DNA of 64,000 bases, taken from an uncultured Bacteroidota bacterium (GTDB lineage: Bacteria > Bacteroidota > Bacteroidia > UKL13-3). Shown here in pieces: positions 49,609-59,981 of the stretch (its first letter is position 1; every line of letters begins with the position of its first letter). Made by a program: the position numbers and the translations under genes. Location of the stretch: NCBI GenBank assembly GCA_903927505.1, contig CAIYNF010000084.1, positions 4,577-68,576 on the forward strand, written 5' to 3'. Below the pieces are notes generated by a model. It was not told the DNA's origin. It ran no database searches and saw nothing but the letters and a program-made list of their open reading frames with translations.

Positions 49609-51743
49609 TTTTTGCTGTCATCTTCCTTGTTAAATTTGGCAAGACAAAGTCTTATTACATGAAATGAAACTTCTTCTTTGAGGAATACGTGCAAGGGCGA
49701 TAATTGCTTTCTTTCACCGGTTTCAATTATTGCCGCTTTTACCAAATTGTATTCAGCAGCATTGATATAAGCATCTAAATTTTCAAGTTTATTTTTAGTA
49801 TACAAATGTGCAACATGCGAATAAATAGTTGTTTCGTGCATTTGTCTGGTTTGGGCAATTTCTTCAATGCTGTAGCCTTCTTGCAGTAAATTAAAAGTTT
49901 CTGAGTAGGTGTCGGCTTTGGGTGTTTTTACATCATTTTGATTGAGCCATAGCTTGATTTCTTTGATAAAAACATTGCCATATTTTTTTATTTTGTATTC
50001 GCCCATACCACCAATTTTAAGCAAATCTGATAATTGTACAGGCTTGTTTTTAGAAAGGTCTTGTAGTGTTGCATCACTAAATATAACATAGGCTGGAACA
50101 TTTTCTTTTTCGGCTAAACCTCTTCTAATTCCTCTTAAATAATCAAACAATTCTGTATCTAGGTCTTTGGTATCATCGGTATTTAGATCGCGTTTTTTCT
50201 TGGCTTCAAATTTCTCAAGGTCCTCGCTATGAACGAGCGCAATTTTTTTATTTTCAAACAGCAATTCCTTTCCAAAACTTGTAATTTTTAAATTAAAATT
50301 TTCATCATAGGCAATTTCAATTAATCCTAAATTGAGCATTTGTAGAATGTATTTCTGCCAATCGTGAAAGCTATATTCTTTGCCAGCTCCAAAGGTTTTG
50401 ATGGTATTGTAGCCATTCTCTATAATTTCTTTTCTGTGCGAACCTCTCAATATATCTATCAATACGTTTACCCCAATTTTTTCATTGGTTCGTGCCAAAG
50501 CCGATAATGCTTTTTGGGCCAATAGGGTACCATCAAATGTTTTTCTAGGTTGCTTGCAAACATCGCAGTTGTTACAAGAATGCTCAAGTGTTTCACCAAA
50601 GTAGGCAAGGAGAATAATACGTCTACATATAGGTGTTTCTGCATACTGTTGCATCCTATTAAGTTTCTCATGGTTTAATTCTTTTTGGCCACTGTCTTCA
50701 ATAAAATTTCTTAGCATTACAACATCTCCAATGCTATAGTATAACAAAGCATCACTTGGTAATCCATCTCTTCCAGCTCTACCAATTTCTTGGTAATAAC
50801 CTTCCATGTTTTTTGGCAGGTTATTGTGGATTACAAAGCGCACATTGCTTTTGTCTATTCCCATTCCAAAGGCAATGGTTGCACAAATTACTTTGGTTCT
50901 GTCGTTAATGAAATTGTCTTGAACTTTATTTCGTTCGTTAGCTGTCATTCCTGCATGGTAAAATTCTGCTGAGATACCAAAGCCGCTCATTTCCTCTGCC
51001 ATTTCTTCTGTAGATTTTCTACTCAAGCAATAAATGATGCCACTTTCATCTTTCTTGGCATGAATAAAAGCGGCAATCTCTTCTAACTTTTTCTTCTTTT
51101 TTACGCCAAATCTTACCGATAAACTTAGGTTCGGCCTGTCAAAACTTGCCACATAAATTTTAGGGTCTTCTAGGCTCAATTGTTTGGCAATGTCTTTTCT
51201 GGTTATTTTATCAGCAGTGGCTGTTAGGGCAATAATTGGAATTTCTGGCCAAGTTTCTTTTAGCAATCCCAGTTTGGTGTATTCTGGTCTAAAGTCGTGT
51301 CCCCATTGGCTAATACAATGTGCTTCATCTATGGCAATGAGTGAAATTTTTATATTTGATTTTATAAAGGGAATAAGGGTTAGCAGTTTTTCTGGAGATA
51401 GGTACAATAGTTTAACTTCTCCATTTCTAACATTCTGAATGAGTATTTCTTGGTCGTTTTCATCCATTGTACTATTTAAAAAATCTGCCTGAATGCCATT
51501 TGCTTTTAAAGCCTCCACCTGGTCTTTCATTAATGCAATAAGTGGTGAAATAACCAGTGTAAGATGAGGAAGTATGATAGCAGGCAATTGGAAGCAAACA
51601 GATTTTCCACCACCTGTAGGCATAAGCACTAAGCTGTCTTTTTGGTTTAATACACCTGCAATTATTTCTTCTTGTAAGGGACGAAATTGATCGAAGCCAA
51701 AATATTTCTTCAGTATTGCTTGTGGGTTAATTGTGGTTTGCAT
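49605..51743 (-). CDS. recQ: ATP-dependent DNA helicase RecQ
   Basis: Walker A PTGGGKSVCFQLP, the DEAH box IAIDEAHCISQWGHDFRPEY, zinc-binding CNNCDVC, RQC and HRDC regions; 712 aa. Confidence 0.95.
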   Translation of the reverse strand: MQTTINPQAILKKYFGFDQFRPLQEEIIAGVLNQKDSLVLMPTGGGKSVCFQLPAIILPHLTLVISPLIALMKDQVEALKANGIQADFLNSTMDENDQEILIQNVRNGEVKLLYLSPEKLLTLIPFIKSNIKISLIAIDEAHCISQWGHDFRPEYTKLGLLKETWPEIPIIALTATADKITRKDIAKQLSLEDPKIYVASFDRPNLSLSVRFGVKKKKKLEEIAAFIHAKKDESGIIYCLSRKSTEEMAEEMSGFGISAEFYHAGMTANERNKVQDNFINDRTKVICATIAFGMGIDKSNVRFVIHNNLPKNMEGYYQEIGRAGRDGLPSDALLYYSIGDVVMLRNFIEDSGQKELNHEKLNRMQQYAETPICRRIILLAYFGETLEHSCNNCDVCKQPRKTFDGTLLAQKALSALARTNEKIGVNVLIDILRGSHRKEIIENGYNTIKTFGAGKEYSFHDWQKYILQMLNLGLIEIAYDENFNLKITSFGKELLFENKKIALVHSEDLEKFEAKKKRDLNTDDTKDLDTELFDYLRGIRRGLAEKENVPAYVIFSDATLQDLSKNKPVQLSDLLKIGGMGEYKIKKYGNVFIKEIKLWLNQNDVKTPKADTYSETFNLLQEGYSIEEIAQTRQMHETTIYSHVAHLYTKNKLENLDAYINAAEYNLVKAAIIETGERKQLSPLHVFLKEEVSFHVIRLCLAKFNKEDDSKN

Positions 51744-51794
51744 TTGTCAAACATAACATTTGATTTGTATTTCAATAAATACATCTCACATCTC

Positions 51795-52136
51795 ATGCAA
51801 AATAAGCAACAAGACTTTTTTCAAGACGTATATGAGGTAGCACGTTTAATACCTAAGGGAAGGGTAAGTTCATATGGTGCCATTGCCAAGTATTTAGGGG
51901 CAGTTTCGGGTGCGCGCATGGTTGGATATGCTATGAATGCTGCCCATCAGCAGATTCCTTCAGTTCCTGCACATAGGGTTGTAAATAGAAACGGTTTGTT
52001 AACGGGTAAGCATCATTTTGGTTCGGAAAGTGAGATGCAAGCGCGCTTAGAATTAGAAGGAATTATAATTGAGAATGACCAAGTTAAGGATTTTAAAAAT
52101 CTTTTTTGGGACCCAAGTTTGGCCTTGGCTTTATAA
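51795..52136 (+). CDS. MGMT-family DNA-binding protein lacking the acceptor cysteine (alkyltransferase-like, ATL)
   Basis: VYEVARLIPKGRVSSYGAIAKYLG...VPAHRVVNRNGLLTG. The canonical PCHRV active site reads PAHRV. Start set at ATG 51795. Confidence 0.75.
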   Translation: MQNKQQDFFQDVYEVARLIPKGRVSSYGAIAKYLGAVSGARMVGYAMNAAHQQIPSVPAHRVVNRNGLLTGKHHFGSESEMQARLELEGIIIENDQVKDFKNLFWDPSLALAL

Positions 52137-52261
52137 TTTTAATGCTATAAAATCGAGGAAACCCGATTGAATTCAAAATTGGGGGTATCTTGCACAAAAT
52201 TCATTCAAAAAAATTGAGATTTGATTTTACTTATTTAAATTAGTTGCGAAAGTTTATTGTG

Positions 52262-54739
52262 ATGAAGGCCCTTAGAAAAATTCCATTTGTATTATTTCTT
52301 TTAATTATTTGTGTTTTCACAGATGAATCAAAGGCGCAATCTGAATCTGAAAAAGATAGTTTGGAGAGTATCTTGCCATTTGCCAACGACATGCAAAGGG
52401 CAGATATATTAAATGGCTTGGCAAATTGTGTGCGCAGCTTGGATACAAGTAGGGCGGGTAATTATGCCAGGCAAGCATTTGCCCTTTCTTCCAAATTGAA
52501 TTATTGTAAAGGGAAGGCGTTTGCTTCAGTTATTTTAGGAATTTTACAAAAGAATCATGGAGATTTAGTAGGAGCAAAGCGTCTTTATTTGCAGGGATTG
52601 GCAATGGCACTCAAATGCAAAGAACCCTATTCCGTATCCTTTGCTTATCACAGTTTGGGTAATTTGGCCTATATGCAAGGAGATTATGGGAAAACCATGC
52701 GCTACTATATTGCTTCGGTTAAAATATCTGAGCAAATAGGTGATTTTGCAAGGGCGGCTCGAACCTATAACAATATTGGTTCGGTATACATGGATTTAAA
52801 AAACCAAGACCAAGCCGAGTTGTATTACCAGCGTTCCTTGGATTTGTATAAAGGTAGTCAGGATGAATTAATAGTTGCCGAAATTGAAAATAATTTGGCC
52901 AATATATACAAATACAAGGGCTATGATTTAAAAGCTTTGTATCATTATGCAAATGCCTTAGAGGTATTTCGTTTGAAAAGTAGTTCGGCAGATATTTCTT
53001 CTGCCTTGAATAATATTGGCTTGGTTTATTTGTCGAGAAAGCAAGCAAAAAAGGCATTGCCTTATTTACGTGAGGCCTATCAATTGGATTTAATAAATAA
53101 AGAGCCGCGTGCGCTAATTCTGGCATGTACCAACCTAAGTGCAGCCTTTCTTAAATTGAATCAGAGCGACTCTGCCTTGTATTTTGCCAATATTGGTTAT
53201 GAGGTGAGTAAACAAAATCCAAAATTGTCTGAGGTGACAGATTTATATGGCGCCTTGGCTGAGTTACACCTGCGCTTAAATGATAAATTTAAAAGTGCAT
53301 TTTATACGCGCTTAAAACAAAATGCGGAGCAAGCTATTTTGGGTCAGAGTAAAAAAATGGAGATTGGTTTGGTTGCTTCACAATATGAAAATGAACGCAA
53401 AGAGCAGCAACTCAAACTAATGTTAAAAGACAATGAAATTAAACAGCTTAAAATTATAGAGCAGGAACGCGCTATTGAACGCAGAAATATTTTATTGTTG
53501 TCTATGTTTATTGCAATATTTTTTCTTCTACTTGTTTCTGGCTTGGTAATTTTTTCGTGGAATTTAAATAAGAAAACCAAGCAATTTGAATTGAGCAGCA
53601 AGGCCAAAGGCAATATGCTCCAACAAATAAACCATGAGATTAGAACCCCTTTAAATGGAATAGTTGGCATGAGTCAACTTGCGCTTGAGAGTAAGACTTT
53701 TAGTGAATTAAAAGATTATTTAACTTATATTAAATTAAGCAGTGATGAGTTAATGTTTTTACTGAATAACCTCATTACACATCTGCAAATTGACAGAAAA
53801 GAAGCTTACCCAGTTTCTTCACCATTTGACTTGTTGGAGTCATTGGAGGAGTTGTTTAAAATTTATGCCTACCAAGCAAAACACAAAGGATTGTTGTTTA
53901 ATCAAATGGTATTTCCAGGTGTGCCAAGAATGGTAAATGCCGATAGGCAGAAATTACTTATTATCATTCAAAACCTACTTAATAATGCGGTAAAAACTTG
54001 CAAAAAAGGGGTTGTAAAAATTGAAGTAAAACAGCTTGGTTCAAGAGAAAAAGAGGGTAAAATACTGAGCAGCATTCAAGTGGTTGTTTCAGATGAAGGT
54101 CCAGGTTTTAGTGATAAAGAAATTAAACAATTATTTAAAACAAGTCCTCAAATGGGCTTAAACGAGAATGCCTTTGGTGCAGGATTAAAAAATGTGAAGG
54201 AATTGTCTGATTTAATGAAAGGAAAATTGGAGTTAGTTTCGGATAAAGGACTTGGAAGTAGTTTCTATTTAAATGTTGAAATTGAAAGTTTAGATGCCAC
54301 TGAAAATATTTTTGTTTCTTCCCAAAAATTTGAGCGAGCAAAACTCGATCATGGAAAATATAATTTATTGGTAGTTGAAAATAACCAATTGAATCAAAAG
54401 CTGTTTGCCAAGATTTTGGAGAAGGAAGGTTACCCCTACCAAATTGCAGAAAATGGAAAGCGCGCATTGGAAATGTTAAAAGAGCGTTCTTATGATTTAC
54501 TTCTAATGAATATTAGAATGCCAATATTGGATGGAATAAGTGCCACTCATATTATTAGAACACAGGATGATTATTCAATAGATAAAAACATACCCATTTT
54601 AGCAATTACAGCGCATGATGATGCCCAAGAAAAGAAGAAATGCTTTGAAGTTGGAATGAATGACTATTTAACCAAGCCGATAAATAAAGCGCTTTTGCTC
54701 AGTAAGATAGAGGAGCAGTTGAGGTCTGAAGGGTTTTAA
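52262..54739 (+). CDS. Hybrid sensor histidine kinase with periplasmic TPR repeats and a C-terminal receiver-like domain
   Basis: Signal/TM, multiple TPR-like repeats, a TM, H-box INHEIRTPLNGIVGM, N-box IIQNLLNNAVK and G1 DEGPGF. The REC-like domain has Asn at the phospho-acceptor position (DLLLMNIRMP). Confidence 0.85.
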   Translation: MKALRKIPFVLFLLIICVFTDESKAQSESEKDSLESILPFANDMQRADILNGLANCVRSLDTSRAGNYARQAFALSSKLNYCKGKAFASVILGILQKNHGDLVGAKRLYLQGLAMALKCKEPYSVSFAYHSLGNLAYMQGDYGKTMRYYIASVKISEQIGDFARAARTYNNIGSVYMDLKNQDQAELYYQRSLDLYKGSQDELIVAEIENNLANIYKYKGYDLKALYHYANALEVFRLKSSSADISSALNNIGLVYLSRKQAKKALPYLREAYQLDLINKEPRALILACTNLSAAFLKLNQSDSALYFANIGYEVSKQNPKLSEVTDLYGALAELHLRLNDKFKSAFYTRLKQNAEQAILGQSKKMEIGLVASQYENERKEQQLKLMLKDNEIKQLKIIEQERAIERRNILLLSMFIAIFFLLLVSGLVIFSWNLNKKTKQFELSSKAKGNMLQQINHEIRTPLNGIVGMSQLALESKTFSELKDYLTYIKLSSDELMFLLNNLITHLQIDRKEAYPVSSPFDLLESLEELFKIYAYQAKHKGLLFNQMVFPGVPRMVNADRQKLLIIIQNLLNNAVKTCKKGVVKIEVKQLGSREKEGKILSSIQVVVSDEGPGFSDKEIKQLFKTSPQMGLNENAFGAGLKNVKELSDLMKGKLELVSDKGLGSSFYLNVEIESLDATENIFVSSQKFERAKLDHGKYNLLVVENNQLNQKLFAKILEKEGYPYQIAENGKRALEMLKERSYDLLLMNIRMPILDGISATHIIRTQDDYSIDKNIPILAITAHDDAQEKKKCFEVGMNDYLTKPINKALLLSKIEEQLRSEGF

Positions 54740-54874
54740 TAGTAATAAAATGTTCAATTTTTTGCCACAGGCGAAATTGCTAAGTAATTGTAGGGTAGGC
54801 GATTAAATAATTACGAATTGGCTATCATATTTTAAAAAAAATAGTTCATATTTGCCTCGCTTAAAAATCAAGCT

Positions 54875-55756
54875 ATGTCAGTATTAGTAGATAAGAATTC
54901 AAAGGTAATCGTTCAGGGATTTACCGGTAGTGAGGGCTCTTTTCACGCCCAACAAATGATTGAATACGGAACCAATTTAGTAGGAGGCGTAACACCTGGT
55001 AAAGGTGGCCAAACACATTTGGAAAAACCTGTATTTAACACTGTTTTAGATGCAGTTAACACCCTTGGTGCCAATGTGTCTATTATTTTTGTACCGCCAG
55101 CATTTGCTGCAGATGCCATTATGGAAGCTGCAGACGCGGGCATTAAGGTAATTGTTTGTATCACAGAAGGCATTCCAGTTGCCGATATGATTCCAGTAAA
55201 GGAATATATTAAATCTAGAGATTGTGTTTTAATAGGACCAAACTGCCCAGGTGTTATTACGCCAGGTCAAGCTAAGGTTGGTATTATGCCGGGCTTTGTG
55301 TTTAAACCAGGTAGAATTGGTATTGTTTCAAAATCTGGAACATTAACCTACGAAGCAGCAGACCAAGTAGTGAAAGCTGGCTTAGGAATTAGCACAGCAA
55401 TTGGTATTGGTGGTGATCCAATTATTGGAACGCCAACTAAAGATGCAGTAGAAATGTTAATGAATGATCCTGAAACCGATGCCATCATTATGATTGGTGA
55501 AATTGGTGGAAGCTACGAAGCAGATGCTGCTCGTTGGATTAGGGCAAACGGAAATAAAAAACCAGTTGTTGGTTTCATCGCTGGCCAAACAGCGCCTCCA
55601 GGTCGCAGAATGGGTCATGCAGGTGCAATTATTGGTGGTAAAGACGATACAGCTGCCGCTAAAATGGCAATCATGCGTGAGTGTGGTATAACAGTTGTTG
55701 AATCGCCAGCAGAAATTGGTTCGGCCATGCTAATAGCAATGCAAGCTAAAGCATAG
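54875..55756 (+). CDS. sucD: Succinate--CoA ligase subunit alpha
   Basis: [44 protein letters not shown], and the phosphohistidine loop [11 protein letters not shown]. Confidence 0.95.
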   Translation: MSVLVDKNSKVIVQGFTGSEGSFHAQQMIEYGTNLVGGVTPGKGGQTHLEKPVFNTVLDAVNTLGANVSIIFVPPAFAADAIMEAADAGIKVIVCITEGIPVADMIPVKEYIKSRDCVLIGPNCPGVITPGQAKVGIMPGFVFKPGRIGIVSKSGTLTYEAADQVVKAGLGISTAIGIGGDPIIGTPTKDAVEMLMNDPETDAIIMIGEIGGSYEADAARWIRANGNKKPVVGFIAGQTAPPGRRMGHAGAIIGGKDDTAAAKMAIMRECGITVVESPAEIGSAMLIAMQAKA

Positions 55757-55772
55757 TTTCAATAAATTATGG

Positions 55773-55815
55773 AAAGCCACAAATGTACTTTAGGGTATGT
55801 TTGTGGCTTTTTTTT
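55773..55815 (+). terminator. Rho-independent terminator of sucD
   Basis: AAAGCCACAAA-N16-TTTGTGGCTTTTTTTT. Confidence 0.8.
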
Positions 55816-55867
55816 GGCCTTATTTTGCTCGTAAAATTTCTTACATTGCCATTTTATTTTATACCGC

Positions 55868-57481
55868 ATGCTACTTAGTTTATTGTTGCTTTCTTATGCT
55901 TTGGTACTTAGTTTTTTTATGGGCAATTTTATTTGGCCTGTATTGGAAAGGGTATTTAAAACAGGAAACAAATTAGCGTTACATCCAGCCATATACCCCA
56001 TTATTGGATTGGCTGTAATGAGCCCCATTATTGCGGTTTACCACTTTTACAGTAAGGTAGATTTATTCTTACATTTCTTTTTCCTGCTCTTTTTTGTAAG
56101 TAATATTAAATATGTAAGGGTGGGCTTTAAAGACCTTGTTGGATTTATTAAAAATAATCTTTTTGTGTTGCTGGTTTTGCTTATTGGTGCTTTGTTAGCT
56201 ATTATAGGCAGGCCCGGTTCGGGAGATATTGCCGATTATCATTTGCAAGCCATCCAATGGGTAGAAAAATATCCCTTGTTGCCGGGCTTAGGAAACTTTA
56301 ACAGGCCATTGGCCAATAATAATTGGTGGTTTAATTTACAGGCATTTTGGGGTTTTTCTTTCCTTGGTGTAAAATCTGTTTATGTGGGCAATGCCCTCTA
56401 TTTTATTTGCTTGTTTTCTTATTTGTTTTTTGCCGAACCCATTTCGAAGGCACAGCAATGGATGCGTTTTTTGTTTGCAGCTTTTATTTTATTGTCGCTG
56501 AAAACCGCCTTTGTAGGCGCTGTAACGCCAGATATTATTGTTACAGGCATGATTTATCTTTTGCTTGATTTGTATTTGCTAGCTGCTGCCAAAATAGATT
56601 TGCGAAAGGGCTATCTGCTGCTTATGGTGCTATTCATTTTATGGATAGTAACTGTTAAAGCTACCGCCATCGTTTTCTTTATGTTGCCATTGCTTTGGTT
56701 GATCCAATTATTAAAAGATAAACAATGGTTTTTCCTGAGTAAGATGATTTTATTGGGCCTTGTTTTTTTAATTCCATGGTTTATTGGAAACGTGCTTTTG
56801 TGTGGGTATTTATTATATCCATTTAACCAAATAGATTTGTTTGCTGTGGATTGGAAAGTGCCTGCTTTTTACTTTGAATTTGATAAAATAGTTTTAAATA
56901 GTTGGGGAAAAGTGCCAGGGCAGGATATATTCCTCACACAAAAAATGGGCATTGGAGAATGGTTGCCTATTTGGTTTGGTAAATTGGATATATTGAACCG
57001 TTTATTGGTAATTGGTTTTGCCATTTGTGCGCCACTTGTTGCTTTGTTTTCTTACAAAAAGAAAGAGATTATTTGGCCCTTTTCTTTTGTGCTATTAAGC
57101 TTTGCGGTAATATTTTTAAATGGTCCGCATCCTAGGTTTTTGTTCGGTTATATGCTTAGCACCATTGCCTTTGCTTTGTATTTGTTTTCAGATAAAATTC
57201 CATTTGAAGCACCAAAGAAATTTATTCCATTATTGGGTTTGGTTTTGGTATTGTTTTTAGGATTCCAGGCAATACTTCAAAAAGATTTACCAAGCGCTTG
57301 GTTCGAACCGAAACCTTACCCGCATGAGCAATTAGAGGCAAGAAACATTGATGGATTTGAAGTATTTATTACAAAAAATGCCAATTCTTGTTGGGATCAA
57401 TTTCCGAGTTCTTATTATTTTATAGACTCTGTTGGTTTACGCGGTGCCGACATAAAAAAAGGCTTCAGTGTAAAACACTAA
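55868..57481 (+). CDS. Large polytopic membrane protein of unknown function (possible GT-C-like glycosyltransferase or polymerase)
   Basis: 537 aa, with more than 10 predicted hydrophobic helices by eye and no soluble-domain motifs recognised. Convergent with the GT2/methyltransferase/SDR operon. Confidence 0.5.
   Translation: MLLSLLLLSYALVLSFFMGNFIWPVLERVFKTGNKLALHPAIYPIIGLAVMSPIIAVYHFYSKVDLFLHFFFLLFFVSNIKYVRVGFKDLVGFIKNNLFVLLVLLIGALLAIIGRPGSGDIADYHLQAIQWVEKYPLLPGLGNFNRPLANNNWWFNLQAFWGFSFLGVKSVYVGNALYFICLFSYLFFAEPISKAQQWMRFLFAAFILLSLKTAFVGAVTPDIIVTGMIYLLLDLYLLAAAKIDLRKGYLLLMVLFILWIVTVKATAIVFFMLPLLWLIQLLKDKQWFFLSKMILLGLVFLIPWFIGNVLLCGYLLYPFNQIDLFAVDWKVPAFYFEFDKIVLNSWGKVPGQDIFLTQKMGIGEWLPIWFGKLDILNRLLVIGFAICAPLVALFSYKKKEIIWPFSFVLLSFAVIFLNGPHPRFLFGYMLSTIAFALYLFSDKIPFEAPKKFIPLLGLVLVLFLGFQAILQKDLPSAWFEPKPYPHEQLEARNIDGFEVFITKNANSCWDQFPSSYYFIDSVGLRGADIKKGFSVKH
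57300..57309. repeat. Exact copy of GGTTCGAACC inside the 537-aa membrane-protein gene
   Basis: Read directly; codons tGG TTC GAA CCg (W F E P). Confidence 0.9.
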
Positions 57482-57498
57482 AGCCTTTTAAAATTTGT

Positions 57499-58236
57499 TT
57501 AATCCCACTGTTTGTTAAAATCGCCGCGGGCAAAAAACTTTTCAATGAGGCAATACATCAAGATAAAGAAATAACGACTGCCCATTTCCCTGATTTTTAG
57601 GTTCGAAACACCGTGTTTTCTATTGGTCCAACTATTGGGCAGAACGGTATAGGAATAGCCTCTTATAATTGCCTTCAAAGGGATTTCAACGGTAAGGTTA
57701 AAGTGCGGAGAAATGAAGGGTTTTACGCCTTCTATGGTTTCTTTTTTGTACAATTTAAAGGCATTGGTAACATCGTTGTATTTAATGCCAAATAAGAGGC
57801 GCACAATATTATTGAACAACCTATTTAAGAATAATTTATGGCGTGGGTAATCATATACCTTGCCCCCTTTGCTCCAGCGTGTGCCAAAAACACAATCGTG
57901 GCCCTCTAACATTTTGTTGTAGAAAATTACCAAGTCTTCTGGTGCATCACTCAAATCTGCCATCATAATGGCAACGCAATCGCCATTGAATTTTTCAAGG
58001 CCATAACGTACAGCATAGCCAAAACCATTTCTCCCTTTGTTGGTATAAATAACCAAGCTTGGAATGGTTTTTTGAAGGTTTTCTAAAACCTCTAAAGTAT
58101 TGTCTTTTGAATTGTCGTTAACCACTAAAATTTCGTGTGGAATATTGGCTTCCGATAAACGTTGGAATAAGTTTTCCAAAGTTTCGGTAATGCTCAAAGC
58201 CTCGTTGTAGGCGGGTATAACAACACTTAATTTCAT
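57499..58236 (-). CDS. Family 2 glycosyltransferase, polyprenyl-phosphate sugar synthase-like (Dpm1/GtrB/ArnC type)
   Basis: LSVVIPAYNEALSI...VVNDNSKDNT...MMADLSD(DxD-like)...; about 245 aa, with a short soluble-plus-amphipathic C-terminus. Start set at ATG 58236. Confidence 0.75.
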   Translation of the reverse strand: MKLSVVIPAYNEALSITETLENLFQRLSEANIPHEILVVNDNSKDNTLEVLENLQKTIPSLVIYTNKGRNGFGYAVRYGLEKFNGDCVAIMMADLSDAPEDLVIFYNKMLEGHDCVFGTRWSKGGKVYDYPRHKLFLNRLFNNIVRLLFGIKYNDVTNAFKLYKKETIEGVKPFISPHFNLTVEIPLKAIIRGYSYTVLPNSWTNRKHGVSNLKIREMGSRYFFILMYCLIEKFFARGDFNKQWD

Positions 58237-58240
58237 TTGC

Positions 58241-58891
58241 CTAGTTTGGTTTTTTTGCAATTAATAAAAATTGTTTTCCCATAAAACGCCAAGCAAAAGG
58301 CATTTTAAAATACATTTTTACCAAGAAATCTGTCACGGGAATTTTACCTCTAAAACTCAAAGGTAAAAACCTGTCATGTACTTCTTTTACCTCAAAACCA
58401 GCACCATATAAATGTTCTGCAACACCTAATTCTGTTAAGATTACGGTATGGTCTGCAAAATCGAAATAGTTTTTAGCACAGTATTTAAAGTTGGGTCCCA
58501 TGATGGCAATTTGGCCACCTGGTTTAAGGATGCTAAACATTCTTTCTAAGAACAACGCAACATCTTCTTGGGTGTGTAAATGTTCTAAGAAATTAGAAAC
58601 ATATACGCCTTCAAAATAATTTTGCGGCAATTCAACTTCTAGGTTATTTCCAATAACCACCTTTATACCTTCTTTGGCAGCGTGCTTGGTATGTTCGCCC
58701 ATATCTACCGCCCATCTTTCATTGGCAGGCACTTGGTTTATAAATTCACAATCGCCCGCAGCGGGGTCGATCATACTATTGGGCTGACCCAATTTTTCAT
58801 GGATAAATTCTGCAATGATTTTCCAAGTAGACAATTTTTTATTTTTATCTACGCCTTGGAAGCGGTATTGGTATATTCTGTCGTAATTCAT
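58241..58891 (-). CDS. Class I SAM-dependent methyltransferase
   Basis: Motif I-like MIDPAAGDCEF, an acidic loop, and LKPGGQIAIMGPN (post-II). 216 aa. Confidence 0.6.
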   Translation of the reverse strand: MNYDRIYQYRFQGVDKNKKLSTWKIIAEFIHEKLGQPNSMIDPAAGDCEFINQVPANERWAVDMGEHTKHAAKEGIKVVIGNNLEVELPQNYFEGVYVSNFLEHLHTQEDVALFLERMFSILKPGGQIAIMGPNFKYCAKNYFDFADHTVILTELGVAEHLYGAGFEVKEVHDRFLPLSFRGKIPVTDFLVKMYFKMPFAWRFMGKQFLLIAKKPN

Positions 58892-58909
58892 TTTAGGTGT
58901 TTGTGTTTA

Positions 58910-59977
58910 TTAAGCTTTCAGTCGCTCGTTCATTTTATCATGCATCTCTACCAAGGTGGCTTCCAGGTTGTATTTCCAATCCCAAGTAGGGTAATGCGAT
59001 TTAAATTTATTTACATCACTGATATACCAAATATGATCGCCAATGCGGTTGGTTTCAGAATAGCTGTAGCTCATTTTGTTTCCAGTAATTTTCTCGCACC
59101 AATCTATGGCTTCTAGCATACTGCAATTGGCAAAACGGCCACCACCTGCGTTGTATACTTCACCCTGACGAGGATTTTGGTAAAAATGCCAAAACATATT
59201 TACTAAATCTGAACTATGAATATTGTCTCTTACTTGTTTGCCTTGGTAGCCAAAAATAGTGTAATGATTTTCGCTGATGGCGCATTTCATTAAGTAGGCT
59301 AGGAAGCCATGTAATTGCGCGCCACTGTGGTTTGGACCTGTTAAACAGCCACCTCTAAATACAGCTGTTTTCATGCCAAAATATTTGCCATATTCTTGTA
59401 CCATCACATCTGCTGCAACTTTGCTTGCACCAAATACACTGTGTTTGGTTTGGTCAATACTCATGGTTTCGTCTATACCATATTGGAAGAAGGCGTGGTC
59501 TTCTGCTATTTCCCAACGTTTGTCTAATTCTACCAATGGTAAAAAATTAGGGGTATCGCCGTATACTTTATTGGTTGAGGTGAAAATAAAAACTGCTTCA
59601 GGACAATTTAAACGCGTTATTTCAAGCATGTTTAGTGTGCCCACTGCGTTCACACCAAAATCTGTTAGAGGTTCTTTTGCGGCCCAATCATGACTAGGTT
59701 GCGCGGCAGCATGAATAATTAGTTTAATGTCTTTACCAAATTCTTTGAAAACGGTTTCTAGGTTTTCGTAGTTTCTGATATCAATATCGTAAGATTTGAA
59801 ATTGCTATATTTTTCTTCCAACCTATTTTTGTTCCAAGTGGTAGATCCATCAGCACCAAAAAAGTATGACCTCAGGTTATTGTCGATACCAATTACCATA
59901 TCAAATTGTTTGGTAAAAAACTCCACTGATTCTCCGCCAATAAGGCCACTACTTCCTGTAACTATCGCAATATTCAT
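58910..59977 (-). CDS. Extended-SDR NAD-dependent epimerase/dehydratase (CDP-paratose-2-epimerase-like)
   Basis: [11 protein letters not shown] Rossmann motif, [21 protein letters not shown], and catalytic YGASKVAAD. Confidence 0.75.
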   Translation of the reverse strand: MNIAIVTGSSGLIGGESVEFFTKQFDMVIGIDNNLRSYFFGADGSTTWNKNRLEEKYSNFKSYDIDIRNYENLETVFKEFGKDIKLIIHAAAQPSHDWAAKEPLTDFGVNAVGTLNMLEITRLNCPEAVFIFTSTNKVYGDTPNFLPLVELDKRWEIAEDHAFFQYGIDETMSIDQTKHSVFGASKVAADVMVQEYGKYFGMKTAVFRGGCLTGPNHSGAQLHGFLAYLMKCAISENHYTIFGYQGKQVRDNIHSSDLVNMFWHFYQNPRQGEVYNAGGGRFANCSMLEAIDWCEKITGNKMSYSYSETNRIGDHIWYISDVNKFKSHYPTWDWKYNLEATLVEMHDKMNERLKA

Positions 59978-59981
59978 TCTA

